Below, in pieces: positions 32,355 through 40,633 of a DNA stretch of 44,044 nt. The stretch comes from a virus. The translations under genes were made by a program, and so were the position numbers. Where the stretch lies: IMG/VR virus record IMGVR_UViG_3300029084_000003. The stretch is one strand, 5' to 3'. How positions within the stretch are numbered: the first letter of the stretch is position 1; each line of letters opens with the position of its first letter. The notes beneath the pieces are model-generated. The model was not told where the DNA came from. It saw nothing but the letters and a program-made list of their open reading frames with translations, and did no database searches.

Positions 32355-33089
32355 ATGGTTAAAATTAATAATAGAATGATTCAGTCTACCATAAGTCCTT
32401 ACTGGTTAATCGCCACTGATGATGACACCCACACGCCTGAAGACTCGGCATATGTAATGAATGACTTACTGGCAGAATTTGCCAGCATGGTACCAGTTGA
32501 TCTAAATCGGAGAATGATCATATCCAATGACAATAATCGTCAATTTCCCATAACACTATTCAATCATGAAGCTATTGTACTCGCGACAAAGGGCAGCGCC
32601 TACTATTGTCAAAACGTGTATCAACTTTCGCATGAGTTGATACATTTTGCAGTTGAAGGCAACACTCCTGCTACATGGTTTGAAGAAACCATGTGTGAAT
32701 TGTCATCACACATATTTCTTAGGCGTCTTAAAAACTGTTGGAGCTTGGACAGCGACCGCAGGAAGAAGGCATATGCCAATCATTTCTTGGAATATAGTAA
32801 AAACGAGTTAAAAAAACGAAGACATGTGAGGACTACGGACTTGTCAAATAAAGGTTCCGACCTCAACGAGTATCTGAAGAAACAAAATGAAGATAGAGAG
32901 GTAAATCGTTATATTGCTTATAGACTACTTCACCTTGCGTCAACGCAGAAAGGCTTCTGGTCATTCGTACCTTACTTACGGGATATTCCTTATGATAATG
33001 GCCTGAACGAATACTTGAGCATTGTGAAGTCTAGAGCGGACTCACAATCTATTCAGACTTTGAATTTAATTGCTTCGCAGCTACTTTGA
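32355..33089 (+). CDS. Putative zinc metalloprotease (HExxH)
   Basis: QLSHELIHFAVEG (HExxH) followed by WFEETMCE (possible third ligand Glu). Confidence 0.4.
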   Translation: MVKINNRMIQSTISPYWLIATDDDTHTPEDSAYVMNDLLAEFASMVPVDLNRRMIISNDNNRQFPITLFNHEAIVLATKGSAYYCQNVYQLSHELIHFAVEGNTPATWFEETMCELSSHIFLRRLKNCWSLDSDRRKKAYANHFLEYSKNELKKRRHVRTTDLSNKGSDLNEYLKKQNEDREVNRYIAYRLLHLASTQKGFWSFVPYLRDIPYDNGLNEYLSIVKSRADSQSIQTLNLIASQLL

Positions 33090-33264
33090 TATCATTTTCA
33101 AAATCAAATGGAATCCCCGGAATTCCCTGGTCATCGCCACGCGCACTTGTGTCAATTCCAATCCGTTGTAGACCCCGATTCAGTATATCTAACTTCTGTG
33201 AAATTTCCTGAAGTTCAATAAGAATTTCATCACTTGCAAAATGTTTTCTCATAAAAATGTACAC
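33049..33264 (-). CDS. Hypothetical protein (antisense orientation in the lysogeny module)
   Basis: 71-aa ORF whose 3' end overlaps the end of the metalloprotease gene. Support is weak. Confidence 0.25.
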   Translation of the reverse strand: MYIFMRKHFASDEILIELQEISQKLDILNRGLQRIGIDTSARGDDQGIPGIPFDFENDIKVAAKQLNSKSE

Positions 33265-33466
33265 CCCTTAGTTTTGAAATGACATAAATTCACTTTAAGA
33301 AAATAAGCGTGAAATGTGTTCACGTTTATAATAGCACACAGTAAGAGCTTTAACCTTGACATTGCTACTATACAATTTTCCCGCCTTTCCCCCATGCAAG
33401 CGGCGTCTCCGTGCAAGCCGGAGAGTGGGGCTTGTATCGCATACCAAATAAAGGATGTGAGTCATC

Positions 33467-33574
33467 ATGCTAAAAAAGATAGTTGCCATCTTACTCATTG
33501 TTTTGTTGGCTGGCGCAACAACCGCTTGCGCTAGTGATCAAGACGATGATCAAGATGTCGAGCAGTTTAACTGA
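33467..33574 (+). CDS. 35-aa putative lipoprotein
   Basis: MLKKIVAILLIVLLAGATTAC|ASDQDDDQDVEQFN: signal peptide plus a lipobox-like TTAC. RBS AAAGGATG. Below the track threshold. Confidence 0.4.
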   Translation: MLKKIVAILLIVLLAGATTACASDQDDDQDVEQFN

Positions 33575-33622
33575 GCGTTGGCGGGATACAAAAGCTTGGT
33601 ATTTAAGATAGGAGACAGCAAA

Positions 33623-34003
33623 ATGGATCGGCCAATAATTAATGCCATCTACTTCACGGAGAAAGACAAATCCAAACCGATGATGGTGCTCCCGTTAGAT
33701 AGCACTAAACTTCACATCGATATTCACGTTCAAGTCATTAATTTCACTTTAGATAAGCATACGTTAACTTTGTCCGTAAGCGATCAGAACGGAAACGTTA
33801 TGCTCGAAGCTAGCCAGCAACCCATGGACGCCTCTTCATTGAAGGCAAGAGGAACATATGGCATTGTTGATGCAACTCTTTTCGTTGTATTTGACAAATT
33901 AGAGCTTAAGGGAGTGAATCGGCTAAGGTTTGATATATCCTTCGATAATGATGCTAAGGCTACTGCATATCTGTTTGTTTCACGAGGTGACAAGAATGAT
34001 TGA
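33623..34003 (+). CDS. Hypothetical protein
   Basis: Start at MDRPIINAIYF after RBS TAGGAGA. 126 aa, beta-rich. Confidence 0.45.
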   Translation: MDRPIINAIYFTEKDKSKPMMVLPLDSTKLHIDIHVQVINFTLDKHTLTLSVSDQNGNVMLEASQQPMDASSLKARGTYGIVDATLFVVFDKLELKGVNRLRFDISFDNDAKATAYLFVSRGDKND

Positions 34004-34148
34004 TGCCGGGATTAGCAAAGTTATCTTTAGAACTGATACAGAGATAAAACGATCCTCTTCTATAAGGGCATTCATCAAGGGATATAGGATTACTACGGCA
34101 ACGGGTAAAAGCAAAACAGAGTATAATAAAACCAAGGAGGCGGATAAC

Positions 34149-34406
34149 ATGACAAATGAAAATACCGTGACTCAAGATCAATTAAAGTTTGCAGAGCAAG
34201 ACGCTAATCACAAGCTTGATATTATCAACATAAAGATTGACGCACTAACAAAATCGGTTAATGCAATTTCAATCAAAGCTGACGGACTCGATGAACTAAA
34301 AACTACTACTGCTGTTTTATCTGAAAAAGAGTCGACAACACGGGCTTTGGCATGGGCCATTGTTGTTGCCATTGTTGGAGGCCTCATTAAGCTGATTCTT
34401 TTTTAG
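34149..34406 (+). CDS. Coiled-coil protein with a C-terminal TM anchor (XhlA-like architecture)
   Basis: RBS AAGGAGG. Reads MTNENTVTQDQLKFAEQDANHKLDIINIKIDALTKSV...ALAWAIVVAIVGGLIKLILF. Confidence 0.4.
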   Translation: MTNENTVTQDQLKFAEQDANHKLDIINIKIDALTKSVNAISIKADGLDELKTTTAVLSEKESTTRALAWAIVVAIVGGLIKLILF

Positions 34407-34503
34407 TCAAGGCAAGGTTCATTTCAGGCTCACAGCAACGTGGGCTTTTGTTTTCTCTAACTTATTTTTTCACAACTCATTCTCCTTATAGGAGGTATCA
34501 TCT

Positions 34504-34767
34504 ATGAAAACAATTACAGTAATCTCTTATAAGTTTGGCGAAAAAAGCTGGAAAAACTTCGAAGGAGAACCTATCAAAAAATATGAGCACTCAGTTCTCC
34601 TAGACATTTCAAACACCGAAGTCTTCAGTGATAAAGAAAAAGCAGAACTAAATTACAAGATCGTTGTCCCCTTTTCTAGAATTAGAGAGAAACGATTCAT
34701 CAAAGATATTCCACTCAGTAACGTAAACGAGGCGCTTAACAAGAAAAAAGCAAGTAGGAGAAAGTAA
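34504..34767 (+). CDS. Hypothetical protein
   Basis: 87 aa, RBS TAGGAGGT. Immediately upstream of int. Confidence 0.45.
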   Translation: MKTITVISYKFGEKSWKNFEGEPIKKYEHSVLLDISNTEVFSDKEKAELNYKIVVPFSRIREKRFIKDIPLSNVNEALNKKKASRRK

Positions 34768-34874
34768 CGACAAAAAGCGCCTACCCAAGCGAATGGGTAG
34801 ACGCCTAACAGAACGTGACTGCATGGTTAGGTGCAATAGCACCCGTCTGTATTGTAGCACAAGGAGGTGTAAAT

Positions 34875-36002
34875 GTGGCCAGTATTAGTAAGCGTGGCAA
34901 AAAATGGCAATATCGTGTCTCTTACAAGGATAATGATGGAACACGCAAGTATGTCAACAAGGGTGGCTTCCCCTCAAAAAAGGCTGCTGATATAGCGGCA
35001 ATCGAAGTCGAACGTCAGCATAATCGCGGTGCAAATTTGGATCTTAACAAGATAACGTTAATCGACTACTGGGACAAATGGATTGAGCTGTACAAATCTG
35101 GTAAGCATTCTCGTATCACCGAAGCCCGGTATAAAACAATTCGTAAACAGTTATTAGCCTACTGGGGCGAAAGCCGTGAACTAAAATCAATTTCAAAATC
35201 AGACTGGCAGGCATTTATCAATGAGTTTGGCAAAAAAAGGGCTAAAGATACAGTCAGCAAATTGAATGGCTATGTTCGCTCAATGGCTGATTCTGCCGTA
35301 GATGACCAAATAATATATACTAACTTCACTCATAACGTTGTCCTCACTGGTAATGAGGGCCAAGCAGGAATCATCAAATATTTGCAAGTAAAGGATTTGC
35401 GCAAGCTCGTCAATTACTGCCTAGAATTTGCAGACTACGAGCATATTGCTTACTACATCATCGCAACCGGGGCACTGACCGGAGCTAGGTATTCTGAAGT
35501 TCTTGGGCTCACGTGGGATCATGTTGATCTTAAAAAGCGCGTTGTACACATTACCAGAACGTGGGATCACAGATATGGGAGCGGCTTTGCTGCTACTAAG
35601 AACAAATCAAGTGTACGTGACATCGACATCACGAGAGAACTTGCAGACTTGCTTTTACGTCTCAAGAAAGAACAGCAAGAGGTCTACCTTGCTCAGGGAT
35701 ATCGTGATAGCAAACAACTATTATTTCGCAGCATACGGCATAACATGCTATCAAGCACGGCAATTAATAAGGATCTAAGGACGATTCAGAAGACTCTCGA
35801 CATTTCCCCCGCGATTACTTTCCATGGGCTTAGACACACTCACGTTTCCTATTTGATTGCCAATCACGTTGACATTAACTATATTTCAAAAAGACTTGGG
35901 CATGCCAATACAATGATCACTCAAAAAGTCTACGCTCATCTTCTTGAAGATCAAAGAAAAGAGCAGGTATCCCAGACGCTACAAGCACTTTCTAGACTTT
36001 AG
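34875..36002 (+). CDS. int: Tyrosine integrase
   Basis: GTG start 7 nt after AAGGAGG. Reads ...TGARYSEVLGLTW...HGLRHTHVSYLI...RLGHANTMITQKVYAHL (R-H-R-Y catalytic motifs). Confidence 0.9.
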   Translation: MASISKRGKKWQYRVSYKDNDGTRKYVNKGGFPSKKAADIAAIEVERQHNRGANLDLNKITLIDYWDKWIELYKSGKHSRITEARYKTIRKQLLAYWGESRELKSISKSDWQAFINEFGKKRAKDTVSKLNGYVRSMADSAVDDQIIYTNFTHNVVLTGNEGQAGIIKYLQVKDLRKLVNYCLEFADYEHIAYYIIATGALTGARYSEVLGLTWDHVDLKKRVVHITRTWDHRYGSGFAATKNKSSVRDIDITRELADLLLRLKKEQQEVYLAQGYRDSKQLLFRSIRHNMLSSTAINKDLRTIQKTLDISPAITFHGLRHTHVSYLIANHVDINYISKRLGHANTMITQKVYAHLLEDQRKEQVSQTLQALSRL

Positions 36003-36334
36003 CTTGTGCACATTTTGTGCACCGGAGGAAAAAAACAACCGAAAATAAAAGGAAACAAAAATCCCGAAATGCCTTTATACCAGCATTCCGGGAAGCTATA
36101 GAAAGCATCTAGAAGCATAAAAACGGAGAGTAAGTGCGAAAATAAACGTATATACAATAGTATTAAACCACATTTTGTGCATATTTTGTGCACAAAAATA
36201 AGCCTCCCTGAGCAAGGGAGGCAGAACGACAAGGTATTACATGCTGACTAAAATATTTAGTTGCTTACGTATCTTATTTTACAGCATTGTGCCAGTGCTT
36301 CAAAGCAACAAAATTAGCCCTCCACACGCGCTAG
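36003..36334. other. Putative attP region with repeated ATTTTGTGCA(C) motifs
   Basis: Non-coding and located between int and the lysis module in the circular form. The motif occurs at 36012..36021, 36172..36181 and 36184..36193. There is a 14-bp palindrome TTTTGTGCACAAAA at 36184..36197 and a hairpin at 36062..36093. Confidence 0.45.
36191..36222 (-). terminator. Intrinsic terminator (minus strand)
   Basis: GCCTCCCT-tgctc-AGGGAGGC followed by TTATTTTTG on the minus strand. Confidence 0.6.
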
Positions 36335-36372
36335 TGAAGTGCAACAAAAAAGTTAGACAGTTTGAAATTTAG

Positions 36373-37272
36373 TTACACAGCGGCTTGATTCCGGTATTCA
36401 ATCGGGGTCAGGCCATTTTTATTGAGTGAAATACGGTCATGATTAAACCACGTGACGTAACGATTTACGATTTGCTTCAGTTCCTCAAGATCCTTAATTG
36501 GTTGCCGATTGAGCCGTTCTCGTTTGAGTAGGTTGAAGAAACTTTCCATTGGTGCGTTATCATGGCAATTACCTTTACGGGACATGCTGGGAATGATACC
36601 CATGGCGTGCACCCGAGACTGGTATTCACGGGTTTGGTATTGCCATCCTTGGTCAGAATGCACGATGGGTGTGACGCCAGTGGGAAGCTTCTTAGCCAAA
36701 TCGTCAAGCGTCAGGTGGAGTTGCTCTTTGTTCGCAGAGTTGCGCACAATGACTGTAATAACCTCTCGACTGGCCTCGTCAATAATTGCCGAGATATAGC
36801 CCCAGCTGTTGTCAAGCAGTCTGACTTGCGTTATGTCGGTGTGCAGGACAGTGAATGGTTCTTCGGCATCGAATTGTTGGTGTAACAGGTTGTCGTTCAC
36901 GGTGCCTACTTTTCCCTTGTAGGAGTGATAACCGCTAGTATGGCGAGAATACAGTGTGACACTAAGATTCAATTGCCCCATTAACCGTAGAATTGTATTG
37001 GGCGAACACTTAAAGCAGGCTTTTCGCGCCATGATATGAATACGGCGATAGCCATAGGTTTCATACGAGTCATGGAAGGTCTTCTTGATAAATACCTTCA
37101 AGGCAGCATATTTATCCGGCTTATTCTTGCGGTGCAAACGGTCATAGAAAGTAGCCCGAGGCAACTGTGCCAATGCCAATAATTCCTTCAATGGATAGTC
37201 ATGCCGTAACGCGTCAACTACTGTTGCTTTTTGGGCGGCAGATTGTTCTTCGATACGGCCCCTAATTTTTTT
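36373..37272 (-). CDS. IS3-family transposase OrfB part (DDE integrase core), expressed as OrfAB by -1 frameshift
   Basis: The -1 frame from A AAA AAA reads KKIRGRIEEQSAAQKATVVDALRHDYPLKELLALAQLPR... and continues into the track ORF. Contains HTDITQ...HSDQGWQY...NAPMESFF (D,D,E regions). Confidence 0.85.
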   Translation of the reverse strand, partial: KKIRGRIEEQSAAQKATVVDALRHDYPLKELLALAQLPRATFYDRLHRKNKPDKYAALKVFIKKTFHDSYETYGYRRIHIMARKACFKCSPNTILRLMGQLNLSVTLYSRHTSGYHSYKGKVGTVNDNLLHQQFDAEEPFTVLHTDITQVRLLDNSWGYISAIIDEASREVITVIVRNSANKEQLHLTLDDLAKKLPTGVTPIVHSDQGWQYQTREYQSRVHAMGIIPSMSRKGNCHDNAPMESFFNLLKRERLNRQPIKDLEELKQIVNRYVTWFNHDRISLNKNGLTPIEYRNQAAV

Positions 37273-37754
37273 AAGAAGTCACGCTCCATTCGGGTATGGT
37301 ACAGTTCGCCGCGCAGTTTCAGGATCTCTTGCTGATAAGCTTCCTTCTCACTAAGCTCAAGCTTCTTAACTTGTTGGGGTTTCTTGTGTTTCACTGTAGA
37401 CCGCCTTCCTCGTGGTTTCGGACGCAGCCCAGCCACTCCCTCAGTCTTGAAGATCTTCGTCCAGACAGCCACCTGCGAGGCATTGATCCCGAAATGAGCA
37501 GCCGCAGATACCACACCCGCACCACTGGTTTGGTAATAGTCTACCACGGCCAGCTTCTGTTCCAGAGAATAAAATGTCTTCGTATGCTTTCGCTGAAGAG
37601 ATTCAAGTCCATGGACTTGGGCTTGCTTAACCCACTCTCGGACTGGTTTCGGTGACGGGATACTGTATTTAGTGCAAAGGCTTTTATAGGAGAGCCGTCC
37701 AGAAAGATACTCTTGTACAACCTTTGCCTTGAACTCACTTGAATATTTAGTCAT
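37218..37754 (-). CDS. IS3-family transposase OrfA (HTH)
   Basis: MTKYSSEFKAKVVQEYLSGRLSYKSLCTKYSIPSPKPVREWV..., a leucine-zipper-like C-terminus, and the slippery run near the 3' end. Confidence 0.85.
   Translation of the reverse strand: MTKYSSEFKAKVVQEYLSGRLSYKSLCTKYSIPSPKPVREWVKQAQVHGLESLQRKHTKTFYSLEQKLAVVDYYQTSGAGVVSAAAHFGINASQVAVWTKIFKTEGVAGLRPKPRGRRSTVKHKKPQQVKKLELSEKEAYQQEILKLRGELYHTRMERDFLKKLGAVSKNNLPPKKQQ
37266..37272 (-). promoter_or_regulatory. IS3 programmed -1 frameshift heptamer A AAA AAA
   Basis: TTA AAA AAA TTA in the orfA frame. The orfB frame is -1 relative to orfA (checked by coordinate arithmetic). Confidence 0.75.
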
Positions 37755-37862
37755 AAAAATGCCCCACAATCGTTAGAGTATCTGTCTAACAATTATGGGG
37801 CACTTCATAGCGAGCAGAGGGCCTTTTTGCGTGTTTAATTCAAACACGCATTTGGGACTAAT

Positions 37863-38066
37863 CTAATCAATCATTGCAACGTCGCCCATGAATACAAGCG
37901 AATTGCTTATTGGATCGTAGGTCATATTGTATCCTTCTTCAACTGGTCTATCTTCAAGATTACCGCATACATGCACGGTCGCATTGGGAGGAAACTTTTT
38001 CAATAACTCAATGAGGTCAGATAGACTGTAAATGCCATCTTCTGGTAATAGTGTGTAATCATCCAT
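37863..38066 (-). CDS. Hypothetical protein downstream of the endolysin
   Basis: 67 aa, RBS CAGGAGGAA. Last gene before the terminator that the IS interrupts. Confidence 0.45.
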   Translation of the reverse strand: MDDYTLLPEDGIYSLSDLIELLKKFPPNATVHVCGNLEDRPVEEGYNMTYDPISNSLVFMGDVAMID

Positions 38067-38080
38067 TTCGATTCCTCCTG

Positions 38081-39379
38081 TTACCTGATGTATAGACTTT
38101 CGCCAGGGTAGATCAGGCTGTAGATTGACTTGCCGTTGTTAGCGGCTAACGTGTACATGCTAATGCCATACTTGCTGGCAATGCTCCAGAAGCTGTCACC
38201 ATATCGAACCGTGTAGTACGTGTGACTTGATACGGCCACTGAATAGCCACCAGAGACACGCAATACATCGCCTGGGTGAATCACACTGTAGATTGACTTA
38301 CCGTTGTTAGAAGCCAAAGTATACATGCTCATGCCATATTTGTAAGCAATCGACCACCAACTGTCACCAGACTGAACCGTGTAGGTAGAGCCATAGCTTA
38401 CTGATGACACGCTGGTCGTTGTCAGCAGCTCAACATTGCTTCGGTTGATCCAGCTCATGATGCCACCAAGCAATACGTTTGACCCAGATACTTGCTGAAC
38501 AGTGTACGTCTTGCCCTGAACCCAGCTAGGCATTGCGACACCATTAGCCCAACGGGTTGTGCCGAAGTTTACCTTAACACTATCACCAACTTTGATCTGG
38601 CTAAGCGTGGTATTGTTAGCTTTCTGGCCTGCTTTTGTCGCTGGTGTGCTCGTAGCAGGCTTAACATAAGTTTTACCACTACCTGTTGTCGTGCTACCGT
38701 TGTAGCCTGAATCAGTGATGCCGGTTAGATCAACGTTGCCATCAAGGCCGCCAGCGCGATAGGTGGAAGTGAACTGGAAGATACCTACATTGTCAAAACT
38801 CGGGAAGTAGCCATAATTCGGCACGGTAGTGACATTGTAATCAGGATATTCAGCAAGCCATAACTGATAGCGGCTGGCAATCTGTGACAAGTCAATGTGG
38901 CTCATCAAGAAGCTCTTATAGCCGTAAAGCATTGGTGTGTAACCAGCATCACGAACGTAGTCGAGCGCCCACAGCAAAGTTGCCGTGTTTGTTGACCCAG
39001 CTTCGTAGTCAAGCGCAACAATCGATCCTTTTGGCGTTTGAACTTCAGGCAAGAAATGATCTAGCACTTGCTTGGCCAAATTGGTGTTATCGATATTCTG
39101 CCACCAAATATAGGTGTGAGCCCGCTTGCCAGCGGCAATCAAGGATGCAACCTGTGTCTTGTACGTGGTTTGCTCATATGTGCCGTAGCCGCTATAGCCA
39201 CCGATTTGAGAGATGCCGAACTTGTCAGTGGAATAACCAAAGACACCGTTATCTCCTTGGTACCGGCTCCAGTCGACACCTTGGTCTCCCTTGGCCGCAT
39301 TGACCTGCGATGGCAGGGCAAAAGAAATAGCCGCCAAGAAGGCGACTACCAAGGTGATTAGTTTAGTTTTAAATTTCAT
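38081..39379 (-). CDS. Endolysin: signal peptide + GH25 muramidase + SH3b-like region + 2 LysM
   Basis: Start MKFKTKLITLVVAFLAAISFALPSQVNA|AKGD after AAGGAGG. GVDWSRYQG is the GH25 motif. Two C-terminal YTV..GDS.WSIA.KYG.SMYTLA.NNGKSIYS.I.PG..L LysM repeats. Confidence 0.85.
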   Translation of the reverse strand: MKFKTKLITLVVAFLAAISFALPSQVNAAKGDQGVDWSRYQGDNGVFGYSTDKFGISQIGGYSGYGTYEQTTYKTQVASLIAAGKRAHTYIWWQNIDNTNLAKQVLDHFLPEVQTPKGSIVALDYEAGSTNTATLLWALDYVRDAGYTPMLYGYKSFLMSHIDLSQIASRYQLWLAEYPDYNVTTVPNYGYFPSFDNVGIFQFTSTYRAGGLDGNVDLTGITDSGYNGSTTTGSGKTYVKPATSTPATKAGQKANNTTLSQIKVGDSVKVNFGTTRWANGVAMPSWVQGKTYTVQQVSGSNVLLGGIMSWINRSNVELLTTTSVSSVSYGSTYTVQSGDSWWSIAYKYGMSMYTLASNNGKSIYSVIHPGDVLRVSGGYSVAVSSHTYYTVRYGDSFWSIASKYGISMYTLAANNGKSIYSLIYPGESLYIR

Positions 39380-39389
39380 GGTGCCCTCC

Positions 39390-39803
39390 TTATTGCTGTG
39401 GAGCAACAGATGCCGGAGCTGACTCCGCCGGTGCTGAAGAAGACGTCTCTGGAACCACTTCACTAGCAGCAGTTACCTGGTCAGCCTCTTTATCCGCTTG
39501 CAGTGCCTTAATCTGATCCTCTAGCGCCTTGATCTTAGCTGCCTTGGTGGTAATGAGTGCCGGGTAAGCTAACGCCTGCTGACTATCACTAACGCCCTCC
39601 GTGGTTGGATCAACCGCTACCCCGACAATGGTCAATAATGCAAACACTGCATTGACCACTGCAGTGAGTTCTTTACCCAAACTAGCAAAGTCCCAGTTGT
39701 AACCGAAGACTGCCGCCACCGTTTGAATCACCAACAAAGAAGCTGGCACAATGGCCAGCCAGAATTTGACGCTTAATACTCGTACTTTCCAATTAATCTT
39801 CAT
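39390..39803 (-). CDS. Holin (phi LC3 / Phage_holin_1-like)
   Basis: MKINWKVRVLSVKFWLAIVPASLLVIQTVAAVFGY...VDPTTEGVSDSQQALAYP is the characteristic pattern. Ala/Ser/Pro-rich tail. Confidence 0.7.
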   Translation of the reverse strand: MKINWKVRVLSVKFWLAIVPASLLVIQTVAAVFGYNWDFASLGKELTAVVNAVFALLTIVGVAVDPTTEGVSDSQQALAYPALITTKAAKIKALEDQIKALQADKEADQVTAASEVVPETSSSAPAESAPASVAPQQ

Positions 39804-39817
39804 ACTGAACATTCCTT

Positions 39818-40183
39818 TCAGTTTTTAATCCGAAGTTGCAAAACTTTGTTATATAGCGCTTCGCCCGTTCCGTTACCGCCCAGTGCTTTGTAGCTGCGGA
39901 AAAGGTAATTAAGATCGTCCAAGTCGTCTGTGCTGATATACCCCACCTCGATATGATGGTTACACAGCATGTAAACCTCATGATGAAGCAAACCGACAAG
40001 GCCTGAATCAATTGCCTTTCCATGCTTTCGATGCATGCGCCATTGGCTTGCAAACCAACCAAACAAAGCTCCACCACCCAACTCCACAAACATATCTATC
40101 CAACTCTTGAAATCCACATCTTTATACTTCCTTCCATAAAAATAGCCGCTAGCTTTTGCTGGCGACTTGCTTAACAAGTTCAT
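39818..40183 (-). CDS. Lysis-cassette membrane protein (function unknown, start uncertain)
   Basis: One TM helix (FVELGGGALFGWFASQW). Overlaps the XkdX-like ORF by 35 nt, so the real start may be an internal GTG or ATG. Confidence 0.4.
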   Translation of the reverse strand: MNLLSKSPAKASGYFYGRKYKDVDFKSWIDMFVELGGGALFGWFASQWRMHRKHGKAIDSGLVGLLHHEVYMLCNHHIEVGYISTDDLDDLNYLFRSYKALGGNGTGEALYNKVLQLRIKN

Positions 40184-40292
40184 CTACTTCTGCTTGGCTA
40201 ATCCAGCCGACACTCACGAACAAGGCTAAGTCATCCTTGTTGTAGATTCCTTGCTGATAGTAACTGATAATCAATGGTTTATATGCGTTCAC
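40149..40292 (-). CDS. XkdX-like small protein
   Basis: Manual translation: GGAGGA-AAAATC-GTG. Reads MNAYKPLIISYYQQGIYNKDDLALFVSVGWISQAEVDELVKQVASKS, which fits the XkdX pattern Y..G.Y..DD...FV..G.I...E. Confidence 0.45.
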   Translation of the reverse strand: MNAYKPLIISYYQQGIYNKDDLALFVSVGWISQAEVDELVKQVASKS

Positions 40293-40618
40293 GATTTTTC
40301 CTCCTTGGTCAATGTTGCCACCTGCTTTATCAAAGCTGCGTTTGACATAGTTATACTAGCAACCATCTTCATAGTTTCAGCATTTGCTAAGTCAGCTTCA
40401 GATGGCTCAGGTTTAGGTCTGTCAGCGTCTGGATCATAGCCAGCATCAGGAACGACTTGGCCGTCAATAATGCTGGAGTGGTTCTCATACAAGCCAACAG
40501 CATCGTCAACCTCAATAACCTCGAATCCTTCATCGGTTGGCCCTACTGGTCTGCTTTCATCAGCGTTTGCCCAATGAAGCAGACGGTTATTGCTATCCGT
40601 CCACACTTTGATTTTCAT
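40289..40618 (-). CDS. Hypothetical protein after the tail tip gene (XkdW-like position)
   Basis: 109 aa. Lies between Tal and the XkdX-like ORF. Confidence 0.4.
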   Translation of the reverse strand: MKIKVWTDSNNRLLHWANADESRPVGPTDEGFEVIEVDDAVGLYENHSSIIDGQVVPDAGYDPDADRPKPEPSEADLANAETMKMVASITMSNAALIKQVATLTKEEKS

Positions 40619-40633
40619 AATGTCATCTCCCAG

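Larger units (their letters stand above)
36335..37807 (-). mobile_element. IS3-family insertion sequence (IS150-like), 1473 bp, intact
   Basis: Imperfect terminal inverted repeats TGAAGTGC...GTTAGACAG at both ends (TG...CA termini). Flanked by a 3-bp direct repeat TAG (36332..36334 and 37808..37810). orfA and orfB have an A7 frameshift site. Confidence 0.85.

Noticed and set aside
35999-36232. 77-aa minus-strand ORF in the int-IS spacer
   Set aside because: Cys/Phe/Leu-rich and no RBS. It spans the GTGCAC repeats and a terminator hairpin. The region is better explained as attP or regulatory DNA.
36477-37738. Extra ORFs on both strands inside the IS element
   Set aside because: They are overlapping shadows of the orfA/orfB transposase frames.
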